Shown in pieces: positions 1 to 10,346 of a stretch of 64,000 nucleotides of DNA (the first letter of the stretch is position 1; each line of letters starts with the position of its first letter). Below the pieces are notes generated by a model. The model saw only the letters and a program-made list of their open reading frames with translations, did no database searches and had not been told where the DNA came from. Source of the DNA: Tepidisphaera sp. (GTDB taxonomy: Bacteria; Planctomycetota; Phycisphaerae; Phycisphaerales; UBA1924). The stretch spans positions 2,592,001 to 2,656,000 of the forward strand of contig CP051526.1 in NCBI GenBank assembly GCA_050916045.1, written 5' to 3'. Made by a program: the position numbers and the translations under genes.

Positions 1-1
1 C

Positions 2-697
<696 letters not shown>

Positions 698-711
698 TGC
701 CGAGTGCCTTC

Positions 712-2001
712 CTACTCCCACCTCAGCCTCTTCACCCCAATCACAAACGCCACCGCTCCGACGCCAAGCAAGATCCCGCACGGCAGCAGCATGTCCGCCG
801 CAGTGAACCCGCGCCACATCCCGCCCTCCACCGCCACGATCGCCCACTTGAACGGGCTCACGCTTGAAAGCGTCTCCAGGAACGGCGGCATGAACGCGAG
901 CGGGATCGTCCCGCCGCCGATCATCGCCAGAATCATCGGCACCGCCCGAGCGATCCCCGCCGCTCCCTCCTCCGAATCCGCGAACGGCGCAAGCCCCATC
1001 GCGATCCCCACAAACCCCAGCGACGAGCAGACCACCGCGATGCTCAGCATCGGCCACGACCCGATCTGCGACCCCATCCCGATCGCAATCCCAATCAAAA
1101 GCACCTGCACCAGCATGCACGTCACGAAGCACGCCATCGCTTTCCCCGCCAAGATCTGCGACCGCGTCAGCGGGCTCGTCGCCAGCCGGATCAGCGTCCC
1201 CCGCCGCCGCTCCGCCGCGATCGACGCCGCGAACCCCACCACCGACCCCATGAGCCCCCACGCAATCCCCTGCGGGAACGAATAGTCCGACGAGGTCCGC
1301 CCCTTCCCCGTCCGATCAATCTCAAGATCCCTCACCTTCACATCCACCGGGTTGAACCCAGCACCGCCGCCGCCGCTTACGCCGCCCGCCGCCGCGTCCC
1401 CCGCTCCCGCGTTGATCTTCTCAAGCTCGCCCGAAAGCGCATCCGCCCCGTCGAAGAACTTCAGGAACGCTTCCCGCCGCTCACCCGCTTCCGGAGCGAT
1501 CGTCCCAAGCTGTTCCCGCGACCGCGTCAGCATCGCCGCCATCTTCGACCGATCCGTGAACGCCGACGACATCTGCCGGAACGCAAGCTCATTCAGCTTC
1601 CCCGTCAAGAGCCCTGCTTCCGCGCTCCGCGACGGATCCACGTACGCCTCAAGCGGGATCTTGCCGCCGGTGAAAAGCCCGTTCGTCCCCGCTTCAAAAC
1701 CCTCGGGCACCACGATCAGCGCCGTCACGCTCCCCTTCTGCACCAGCATCCGCCCCTCGTCAAGCGTCGCCGCCCGCCGCGCCTCAAGCGACGAATCCGC
1801 TTCCAGATCCCGCACGAGCTGCGCCGATGGCGCCGTCCCGTCCAGATCCAGCACCGCGACCTTCATCTTCCCCCCGCCCTTGGCCCCGCCAAAGACGAAC
1901 GTGAAGAAGATCGCAAACAGCACCGGGAACACAAACGTGAAGAACGCCGCCGCTTTGTCGCGGAACAAAAGCCTCAGATCATTCATCGCAATCGCGAGCA
2001 T
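712..2001 (-). CDS. ABC-2 type exporter permease
   Basis: N-terminal DLRLLFRDK + TM helix, extracytoplasmic loop, ERRRGTLIRL motif, C-terminal TM bundle; follows ABC ATPase. Confidence 0.9.
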   Translation of the reverse strand: MLAIAMNDLRLLFRDKAAAFFTFVFPVLFAIFFTFVFGGAKGGGKMKVAVLDLDGTAPSAQLVRDLEADSSLEARRAATLDEGRMLVQKGSVTALIVVPEGFEAGTNGLFTGGKIPLEAYVDPSRSAEAGLLTGKLNELAFRQMSSAFTDRSKMAAMLTRSREQLGTIAPEAGERREAFLKFFDGADALSGELEKINAGAGDAAAGGVSGGGGAGFNPVDVKVRDLEIDRTGKGRTSSDYSFPQGIAWGLMGSVVGFAASIAAERRRGTLIRLATSPLTRSQILAGKAMACFVTCMLVQVLLIGIAIGMGSQIGSWPMLSIAVVCSSLGFVGIAMGLAPFADSEEGAAGIARAVPMILAMIGGGTIPLAFMPPFLETLSSVSPFKWAIVAVEGGMWRGFTAADMLLPCGILLGVGAVAFVIGVKRLRWE

Positions 2002-2028
2002 CTTCCAATCCCTTCGCGAATCCGCCAA

Positions 2029-2889
2029 CTAGTCCCTCAGCGTCCGCCCCGTCAGCGACAGGAACACCGTCTCCAGGTCCGGCCGCTCGATCGCGACCCC
2101 GACCACTCCCTCCCTGCCAAGCACGCTCCGAAGCTCCCCCACCGGGTCCGCCGTCCGCCGCACCTCATCCGCTCCGCTCCCGCGTTTGATGGTCACGATG
2201 GACTCGCCCCCGAACCGCCCGACCAGCTCATCCACCGTCCCCATCGCGAGGATCTTCCCCTTGTCGATGATCGCGACCCGCGAGCAGAGCTTCTGGGCTT
2301 CTTCCATGTAGTGCGTCGTGTACACCACCGTCTTCCCGCCCGCCGCGAGCTTCTGCACCATCTCGAGGATGTTGTTGCGGCTCTGCGGATCGACCCCCGC
2401 CGTCGGCTCATCGAGCAGGATCACCTCCGGATCATGCACGATCGCCGCCGCGAGATTCAGCCGCCGCTTCATCCCGCCCGAGTACGTCCGCGCCCGATCC
2501 TGTTGCCGATCGCTCAGCCCCACCGCTTCCAAGCACGCATCGACGCGAGCTTTCAGCCCCGCGCCACCCAAGCCGAACAGCTTGCCGAAAAGCTCAAGGT
2601 TCTCCCGCCCCGTCAGATCGTCATAGATCGCCAGGCTCTGCGTCGCCACCCCAAGCCGCCGCCGCACCTGGGCTTCGGTCGGCTTCCCACGCTTCCCATC
2701 CGCCGTCTCGATCACCACCTCGCCGGAATCCGGCGTCAGCACCCCCATCACCATCGCGATCGTCGTGCTCTTCCCCGCCCCGTTGGGCCCCAAAAGCCCG
2801 AAGACCTCCCCCTTCCGAACCTGAAGCGATACCCCATCGACCGCGCGATTGGCCCCAAACGACTTCACAAGATTGGTGATCGTCAGCAC
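2029..2889 (-). CDS. ABC exporter ATP-binding protein
   Basis: Walker A GPNGAGKST, signature YSGGMKRR, Walker B ILLDEP; GTG start chosen at VLTITNLVKSF because the upstream ORF extension runs through repeats. Confidence 0.93.
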   Translation of the reverse strand: MLTITNLVKSFGANRAVDGVSLQVRKGEVFGLLGPNGAGKSTTIAMVMGVLTPDSGEVVIETADGKRGKPTEAQVRRRLGVATQSLAIYDDLTGRENLELFGKLFGLGGAGLKARVDACLEAVGLSDRQQDRARTYSGGMKRRLNLAAAIVHDPEVILLDEPTAGVDPQSRNNILEMVQKLAAGGKTVVYTTHYMEEAQKLCSRVAIIDKGKILAMGTVDELVGRFGGESIVTIKRGSGADEVRRTADPVGELRSVLGREGVVGVAIERPDLETVFLSLTGRTLRD

Positions 2890-2929
2890 AGCGTCAGCAT
2901 ACTTGGGAAACGGCTCCACCGCCTTCCTG

Positions 2930-2988
2930 CCTCTCCCCGCATCGCTTCGGCTCGGGGAGAGGTGCCCGAACGGCGGGGAGGGGTTCTT
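2930..2988. repeat. REP-like palindromic element (CCTCTCCCCG...CGGGGAGAGG family), copy 1
   Basis: Hairpin CCTCTCCCCG/CGGGGAGAGG followed by TGCCCGAACGGCGGGGAGGGG; related copies at 12402 and 52314. Confidence 0.7.
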
Positions 2989-3090
2989 CCTTGGTCGCAC
3001 GGCTTCAAGGACCCGCACCATCGCCCCGAGGCCCACGCACACCCGGCCATCCCTCTCCCTTCTCCCCCTCCAGCTCGCCACCGCCCCCGC

Positions 3091-3301
3091 CGCGACGCGG
3101 AACATCATTTCCCCCCTCGCCGGAAACGATTGCCGCGAGGCCGCCAACTCTTTTCCCGTCACCGGAAACTCTTTTCCGCTCACCGAAAACGATTGCCGTG
3201 ACGCGGAACATCGTTTCCCCCTCGCCGGAAACGATTGCCGTGAGGCCGCCAGCTCCTTTCCCGTCACCGGAAACGATTGCCGCGAAGGGGGAAAGAGCTG
3301 G
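3091..3301. repeat. Degenerate 21-bp tandem repeat, about 10 units with ~105-bp higher-order duplication
   Basis: CCCCTCGCCGGAAACGATTGC at 3113 and 3218; CG(C/T)GAGGCCGCCA(A/G)CTC(T/C)TTT at 3134 and 3239; CCCGTCACCGGAAAC at 3155 and 3260. Confidence 0.9.
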
Positions 3302-3349
3302 CGGCGTCCAAATAACCGCCCCCGCACTCCCTCCTCCTACCCTCCTCCC

Positions 3350-4231
3350 ATGCCTGAAACGCACGCACGACTCTGCACCGCCGGTTCCGTTTCCATTGGG
3401 GAGGGCAAGCCCCTCGCCATCATCGCCGGCCCCTGCGTTCTCGAGTCCCTCGACCACGCCCTCTCCATCGGCAAGACCGTCAAAGCCCTCTGCGACAAGC
3501 TCGCCCTCCCCTACATCTTCAAAGCCAGCTTCGACAAAGCCAACCGCTCCTCCATCAAGTCCCCCCGCGGCCCCGGCCTCGAACAAGGCCTCGCCTGGCT
3601 CGCCGCCATCAAGAAGGAACTCGGCGTCCCCGCCACCACCGACATCCACGACCCCTCCCAAGCCGAGCCCGCCGCCCGCGTCGTCGACATCCTCCAGATC
3701 CCCGCGTTCCTCTGCCGCCAGACCGACCTCCTCATGGCCGCCGGTGAAGCCGCCGCCAAACACAACCGCGCCGTCAACGTCAAGAAGGGCCAGTTCATGG
3801 CCCCCGCCGAGATGAAGGGCGCCGTCAAAAAGCTCGCCGAAGCCGGCTGCTCCAACACCATGCTCACTGACCGCGGCACCTTCTTCGGCTACCACCGGCT
3901 CGTCAACGACTTCGCGGGCCTGGGCGACCTGATGGAACTCTCGACCGACGGCGGCCCCCCATCCCCGCCCCCCGTCTGCTTCGACGTCACCCACTCAACA
4001 CAGTTCCCCGGGGCCGAGGGTGAACGCACCGGCGGCCAGCCGCACCGCGCCCCGCTCCTCGCCCGCGCCGCCACCGCCGCCGGCGTCCACTGCCTCTTCA
4101 TCGAGTGCCACCCCGAGCCCGCGAAAGCCTTCTCCGACGCCGCCACCGTCCAGCCGCTCGCCGCGATGCCCGACCTCCTCGCAAGCGTCGCCGCCATCCG
4201 CGCCGCACTCTCCCGGGGTGCCCACGCGTGA
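3350..4231 (+). CDS. kdsA: 3-deoxy-8-phosphooctulonate (KDO8P) synthase
   Basis: IAGPCVLE, FKASFDKANRSS, LQIPAFLCRQTDLL, NVKKGQF, FDVTHS motifs. Confidence 0.95.
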   Translation: MPETHARLCTAGSVSIGEGKPLAIIAGPCVLESLDHALSIGKTVKALCDKLALPYIFKASFDKANRSSIKSPRGPGLEQGLAWLAAIKKELGVPATTDIHDPSQAEPAARVVDILQIPAFLCRQTDLLMAAGEAAAKHNRAVNVKKGQFMAPAEMKGAVKKLAEAGCSNTMLTDRGTFFGYHRLVNDFAGLGDLMELSTDGGPPSPPPVCFDVTHSTQFPGAEGERTGGQPHRAPLLARAATAAGVHCLFIECHPEPAKAFSDAATVQPLAAMPDLLASVAAIRAALSRGAHA

Positions 4232-4983
4232 TCACGCCGCTCCTCCCAGAAGCCTGGCTCTCCGCCGCCCACCTGCTCGCCCAGACGACGCGCAACAACA
4301 GCGGCTCACCACCTCCCTACATCTTCTTCATCATCGGCGGCTTCGTCCTCCTCGTGATCCTCGGAAGCGTCTTCAGCAAGCGGGCCGACCTCAAACGCCG
4401 CGCTGCCGCCCGCGCCGCCCTCGAAAATCGCGGACTCACCTTCCACGAACTCGGAGCACCGGCCCAAACGCCGCATGAGCTCGCCCTCGCCCCCATCGCC
4501 GCCCTCGCCACCCGCCCGGAAAAGACCCGCTGGTCCGCGAGCGGCGAGATCTCCGGCGTCGAGGTCATGGCGATCGAACACCAGTACAGCACCGGCTCGG
4601 GCAAAAACCGCCAGGTCCACAACCACTCCGTCGTCTCGATCCCCGTCCCGGAAACCTGGCCCAAGCTCGACATCTACGCGGAGAATCTCTTCCACCGCAT
4701 CGGCGAACTCTTCGGCTCCAAAGACTTCAAGGTCGAAGACGAAGCCTTCAACAAGCGATTCCGCGTCAAAGGCGTCAGCGAAGACTTCGCCCTCCTGTTC
4801 CTGACGCCCGAAATCCAGCGACTCATGCTCTCCTGGACCAAAGGCACCACCCTCGCCATCGCGAGCGGCCGCCTGTGCATCAGCCGAAACAGCCACCTCT
4901 CTGGCGACCAGTGGCCCACGCTCCTCGACGAAGCCGTCGCCCTCCGAAGCGCCCTGCCAAGCGAACTCGACGCCTACGTCTGA
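4228..4983 (+). CDS. Membrane-anchored hypothetical protein
   Basis: GTGA overlap with kdsA stop; one TM helix; EDEAFNKRFRV motif typical of DUF3137-like proteins. Confidence 0.7.
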   Translation: MITPLLPEAWLSAAHLLAQTTRNNSGSPPPYIFFIIGGFVLLVILGSVFSKRADLKRRAAARAALENRGLTFHELGAPAQTPHELALAPIAALATRPEKTRWSASGEISGVEVMAIEHQYSTGSGKNRQVHNHSVVSIPVPETWPKLDIYAENLFHRIGELFGSKDFKVEDEAFNKRFRVKGVSEDFALLFLTPEIQRLMLSWTKGTTLAIASGRLCISRNSHLSGDQWPTLLDEAVALRSALPSELDAYV

Positions 4984-6260
4984 TCAGCACCCGCCCTCGA
5001 ACGCCTCGACAAAGTCGAGATAGTCGAACAGGTCGACGAACGCATCCCCGTTCACATCCGCCGCCATGCTCCCCTCTTCGAACGCCGTCACGAAATCCAG
5101 GTAGTCGAAGAAGTCGATGAACCCGCTGCCGTCAAAGTCCCCGACGCACCGCGCCGCCCACCGCGCGATCCGCGCCGAAGGGATCCCGTCCGCCTGCGTA
5201 AAGCTCCCGCCCGCCATCAGCGACCCGTTGTACACCGCAAGCGTGGGAACACTCCCGTTCAGCCCGCCCGCAAGCGGTGCCCACGCTTGTCCATCCCACG
5301 ACGCGATGCTCGCTGCCGGCAGCCCCCCCGCCTCCTGAAACAGGCCGCTCACGTAAAGCTTGCCGCCATAACTCGCAAACCCGCTCGCCGAAACGCCAAA
5401 AAGCCCGGACCCAAGCGGGTGCCACGCGCCGTCGTACCGCGCCACATCCGCCGCCGCGATCCCCGCGATCTCGTCAAAGTCCCCACCCGCGTAAAGCTGC
5501 CCATCGATCGACGCAAGGCCGTCGATCGTGTCCAGGAACCCAAGCCCCGCTCCCGCGATCCCCACCCAGCCGTTCTGATATGCGGCCAACCCCCTCGCCG
5601 CAAGCGGCCCCGCCTGATCAAACTCGCCCCCCACCACAAGCATCCCGCCGTGCGACACCAGCGCGTTCACGAAATCGTCCGTCCCCCCGCCCGCAAGCCC
5701 CGCCCACTGAACACCGTCCCAGCTCGCGATGTTCGCCGCCGGCACACACCCCGCCGTGTCAAAACTCCCCGCGACATAGAGCTTGTCCTCGTGCACCGCC
5801 ATCGCCCGCACCTGCGAGAACCCTCCCGCAATACCGAAGCACTGCCCCGTCCCCACCGGGTTCCACTGCACCCCGTCCCACCGCGCCACACCATTGACCC
5901 GCGTCCCGCCCGCTTGCCCCACGTTCCGAAAGAACCCGCCCGCATAAAGCTCACCCCGATACACCGCCGCGCAGAACGCCGCATTCGCGAACCCGCCGCC
6001 GCCGAACGCCCGCCCGTCCCAAGCCGCCGCCACGACGACCCGTTCCACGCCGCGACAAAGTTCGCCCGAACCCCGCCGGCCTCGAAAAAGTTCCCCACCG
6101 CGACCAACTCATCCCCAAACGCCACAAGCTGCAGCACCGGCCCATTCATCCCGCTCTGGCCTTCCCCAAACCCCGCTTTCCATTCCAAAGGTTGCGCAAA
6201 GACCGCGCCGCAGATCCAAAACGCACCCCAAGCCGCCGCATGCCCGTTTCGCCCCTTCAT
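4984..6260 (-). pseudogene. Secreted beta-propeller repeat protein with C-terminal GC-type dockerin-like domain; single frameshift near 6010
   Basis: Signal peptide and first repeat in one frame (to WNGSSWRRLGTGG); remaining LYAGGxF..A.WDG repeats and the CVGDFDGSGFIDFFDY...FEGGC tail in another frame; adding one G in a G-run restores the gene. Confidence 0.75.
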
Positions 6261-6367
6261 AGCCGTCCCTCCTGTACTCGGACCCTCCGAGCATACCTCG
6301 CCCGGTTCCAAACCCCAACCCCATCTTTCACTGGCCCCTCCCACCCCGGACCGATACCCTCACACCT

Positions 6368-7348
<981 letters not shown>

Positions 7349-7389
7349 CTAGCACGGGCATCCTGCCCGTGATCTCATTCCGCTTCTCC

Positions 7390-7423
7390 GTGGCACCGCT
7401 CTCCAGAGCGGTGCCTTTTCTTT
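7390..7423 (+). terminator. Hairpin plus T-tract; also copy 1 of a 24-bp repeat
   Basis: GGCACCGCTCT-CC-AGAGCGGTGCC then TTTTCTTT; identical 24-mer at 8723-8746. Confidence 0.65.
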
Positions 7424-7522
7424 GATCCCCCCAATCCTCACAACCCTACCCCATCCTCCAGGATTCCCCGCAATCTCCGGGCACGCCAAGCGTTCTTCCC
7501 GCACACTTCGTGGGAGACCGCT

Positions 7523-8716
7523 ATGAAACTCGCCGCCCTGCTCGCTTGCTGTTCCGCCCCCCTCGCCCTCGCTCAGGAAGCACTCTTTGATTTCTCGGGC
7601 GTGACCGCCCTCGCCCGCGGAGCGGTCTTTGGCACCAACGTCGAGGACCCCGTCCCCGGCTTCGAGATGCTCCTCATGAAGGACGGCCGCGTCGTCTACC
7701 ACCGCGCCTTCGGCGTCTGGTCCATCGGCCGCCCCGCCAACGCCGACTCCTCCACCAAGACCATCTCCGGCGCCGTCCTCATCGCCCTCATGGATGAACG
7801 CCCCCAAGCCTTCAACCTCGACACCCGCCTCAGCGACTACATCCCGCAGTTCACCGGCCCCAAATCCACCATCACCATCCGTCAAGCCTTCTCGCACACC
7901 GCGGGCTTCGGCTTCTCCGGCGCCGAGGGCGACGCGACCCTCACGCTCCAGCAAGCCGCCCTCGACATCGCGAACGACCCCCTCCGATACCTCCCCGGCA
8001 CCGTCTTCGACTACGGCGGCACCTCCATGCACGCCGCCGGAGCCGTCGCCGAACTCGCGGCCGGCGAATCCTGGAACTCCCTCTTCCAGCGCAAGCTCGC
8101 CGGCCCCCTCGGCTGGACCACCACGCGCTACGTCCTCACCTCGCCCACCAACCCGCGCATCGCCGGCGGCTGCGAAAGCACCGCGGCCGAGTTCGCCCGC
8201 ATGATGGAAATGCTCCGCACCGGCGGTCTCCACAACGGCCGCCGCGTCCTCAGCGAAGAGGGCGTCCGCACCCTTCTCACGCGTCAGTCCCCGGTCGGCA
8301 TCCCGATCGAAGGCTCACCGCTTCCCGGCGTCTCCGATTACGGCGTGGGCATCTGGCTCGACCAGCGCGACGCCGAAGGCAACCTCATCGGCGCGATCGC
8401 CGGCGGAGCCCGCGGCTTCCACGGCTGGATCGACCTCGACGATGGCGTCACCGGCGTCGTCGCGACCGACCTCACCCGCTTCAACAACATCGAACAGTGG
8501 CAGTACCTCGTGCGAGCCGAAGTCGAGCGAGCCGTCCGCAACCCCCTCCCCTGCCCCGCCGACTTCAACCGCGATGGCTTCGCCGACTTCTTCGACTACG
8601 ACGACTACGTCCTCGCGTTCGAAACCGGCGATCCCTCCGCCGACGTCAACCTCGACGAGTTCATCGACTTCTTCGACTACGACCTCTTCGTCGAAGCCTT
8701 CGAGTTCGGCTGCTGA
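7523..8716 (+). CDS. Secreted serine hydrolase (beta-lactamase family) with GC-type dockerin-like tail
   Basis: Signal peptide, SxxK (SSTK), SHTAG, PGTVFDYG; tail CPADFNRDGFADFFDY...FEFGC. Confidence 0.88.
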   Translation: MKLAALLACCSAPLALAQEALFDFSGVTALARGAVFGTNVEDPVPGFEMLLMKDGRVVYHRAFGVWSIGRPANADSSTKTISGAVLIALMDERPQAFNLDTRLSDYIPQFTGPKSTITIRQAFSHTAGFGFSGAEGDATLTLQQAALDIANDPLRYLPGTVFDYGGTSMHAAGAVAELAAGESWNSLFQRKLAGPLGWTTTRYVLTSPTNPRIAGGCESTAAEFARMMEMLRTGGLHNGRRVLSEEGVRTLLTRQSPVGIPIEGSPLPGVSDYGVGIWLDQRDAEGNLIGAIAGGARGFHGWIDLDDGVTGVVATDLTRFNNIEQWQYLVRAEVERAVRNPLPCPADFNRDGFADFFDYDDYVLAFETGDPSADVNLDEFIDFFDYDLFVEAFEFGC

Positions 8717-8722
8717 GCTTTG

Positions 8723-8840
8723 GTGGCACCGCTCTCCAGAGCGGTGTTTGCCTTCAGCCCGCAGGGCTGGTCGTGAGTAGCCGGGGGCAACGCCCCCCGT
8801 CACGCCACACCATTACCTTCGGACCCCGAAGGGGTCCAAC
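8723..8840. repeat. Cluster of REP-like hairpins
   Basis: GTGGCACCGCTCTCCAGAGCGGTG (same as 7390), CAGCCCGCAGGGCTG, GGGGCAACGCCCC, GGACCCCGAAGGGGTCC. Confidence 0.7.
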
Positions 8841-8872
8841 CCGGTAAGCACGCGGCCTGATAAACTCCACCG

Positions 8873-9304
8873 ATGCGGCACGCGACAACGAACCCCGCCG
8901 TCTTGATCCGTCGCGCGAAGCTCAGCTTTCTTCCCTTCCTGACGCTTATCCCCGCGATCGCGTTGTGCATCGGGGTCTTTGTGCCTGCCGTTGACGCGTT
9001 CATGCAACGCTCTGGTCCCTTTGCCGCGTGGGCATTGGGGATTCTCCCCGTCTTGATCGCCGTTCTCCTCCACGCGCCCATCGCGAGGCGCTACTACCGC
9101 CAAGCCGCCTCGATCATCCACGAGAAGAACTTCAACATCTGCCCGAACTGCAACTACGACATCTCGGCGATCAACAACCCAGACCGCTGCCCCGAGTGCG
9201 CCGCCCAAACATCACACCAGCAACGAATCGAGTTCTGGAGTCGCAGACTTCCCAAAGACATGCGCCAGCCACCGCGCGAGACAACTTCATCCTCGACGCT
9301 GTAG
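8873..9304 (+). CDS. Two-TM membrane protein with C-terminal zinc ribbon
   Basis: Two hydrophobic helices then CPNCNYDI-x7-CPECA. Confidence 0.75.
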   Translation: MRHATTNPAVLIRRAKLSFLPFLTLIPAIALCIGVFVPAVDAFMQRSGPFAAWALGILPVLIAVLLHAPIARRYYRQAASIIHEKNFNICPNCNYDISAINNPDRCPECAAQTSHQQRIEFWSRRLPKDMRQPPRETTSSSTL

Positions 9305-9314
9305 AGCACCCCGC

Positions 9315-9740
9315 TCACTTCACCTTGCAAGCCCCCGTCCCACAGTCCTTCCGCCCCGTCAGCCACAACCGGTTCCGCGCGAACCACCGGTACGCGATGT
9401 CGGAAAGCCACCGAAGCCCAGGCCACGCCGTCGGCGCAAGCACCCAGCCCCAGCCGATCGCCGCGTACGCCCGCCGAAACACCTCAACGCCCGTCACCAA
9501 CCGATTCCCCGCCCCAACGTCGGGCACCACGCCGTGGATCTCGCCCATCACCGCTTCGTACGTTGTGCCGTACCGACCCGCGTCAAACCCGGGAGCCGCG
9601 ATGTCGACGATCGCAAGCCGGCCCCGCCCGCCATCAAGCCACCGCATCAGCGATGCTTCCTTCGCGCAAAGCGGGCACTCGCCGTCGATCAGGATCGTAA
9701 ATCGCGGTTCGGACTGAGTTTTTGTCGGAAGTTCGGTCAT
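9315..9740 (-). CDS. DCC1-like thiol-disulfide oxidoreductase (DUF393)
   Basis: DGECPLC motif and AYRWFARNR C-terminal motif. Confidence 0.85.
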   Translation of the reverse strand: MTELPTKTQSEPRFTILIDGECPLCAKEASLMRWLDGGRGRLAIVDIAAPGFDAGRYGTTYEAVMGEIHGVVPDVGAGNRLVTGVEVFRRAYAAIGWGWVLAPTAWPGLRWLSDIAYRWFARNRLWLTGRKDCGTGACKVK

Positions 9741-9823
9741 CGCTACCCTCCATTTCGACCACCGAACACAAACGGATGCCGCATCCACACCACGATTCTC
9801 CGCGAAACCCCTCGGTGAGCCCC

Positions 9824-10276
9824 ATGACACCAACCCCCACCCCTACCCAAACTCCCTCCACCCCGCTCCAGACCGCTCCCCGCTGGATCCGCGTCTCCCT
9901 CCTGCTCGCCGGCTTCTACAACCTCGTCTGGGGCGGCATCGCGGTCCTCCTGCCCAACCTCATGTGGGATGTTCTCGGAGCCGCCCGCCCCAACTACCCC
10001 GAACTCTGGCAGTGCATCGGCATGATCGTCGGCGTCTACGGCATCGGCTACCTCATCGCCGCCCGCGACCCCTTCCGCCACTGGCCCATCATCCTGGTCG
10101 GCTTCCTCGGCAAAATCTTCGGCCCCATCGGGTTCGTGCAAGCCGTCATCAAAGGCACCTTCCCCCTCTCCTTCGGCTGGATCAACGTCACCAACGACGT
10201 CATCTGGTGGATCCCCTTCGGAGCCTGCCTCTGGCTCGCGTACAAGCACCACCGACCACAGCCCAAGACCTCTTGA
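9824..10276 (+). CDS. Conserved four-TM membrane protein
   Basis: YNLVWG, LWQCIGMIVGVYGIGY, GKIFGPIG, NDVIWW; host-like codon usage. Confidence 0.75.
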   Translation: MTPTPTPTQTPSTPLQTAPRWIRVSLLLAGFYNLVWGGIAVLLPNLMWDVLGAARPNYPELWQCIGMIVGVYGIGYLIAARDPFRHWPIILVGFLGKIFGPIGFVQAVIKGTFPLSFGWINVTNDVIWWIPFGACLWLAYKHHRPQPKTS

Positions 10277-10346
10277 CTTCGTGAGTTCCCCTCCGCGTCT
10301 CTTCGCCTCTGTGGTGATCTCCCCGCCCCTCGCACTACGATCGCCG

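Noticed and set aside
3091..3301. CRISPR array
   Set aside because: Units abut with 21-nt period and recur; there are no unique spacers and no cas genes
2890..3349. Long N-terminal extensions of the ABC ATPase and KdsA in the ORF track
   Set aside because: They run through repeat DNA; the conserved domains and -10/start signals begin at 2889 and 3350
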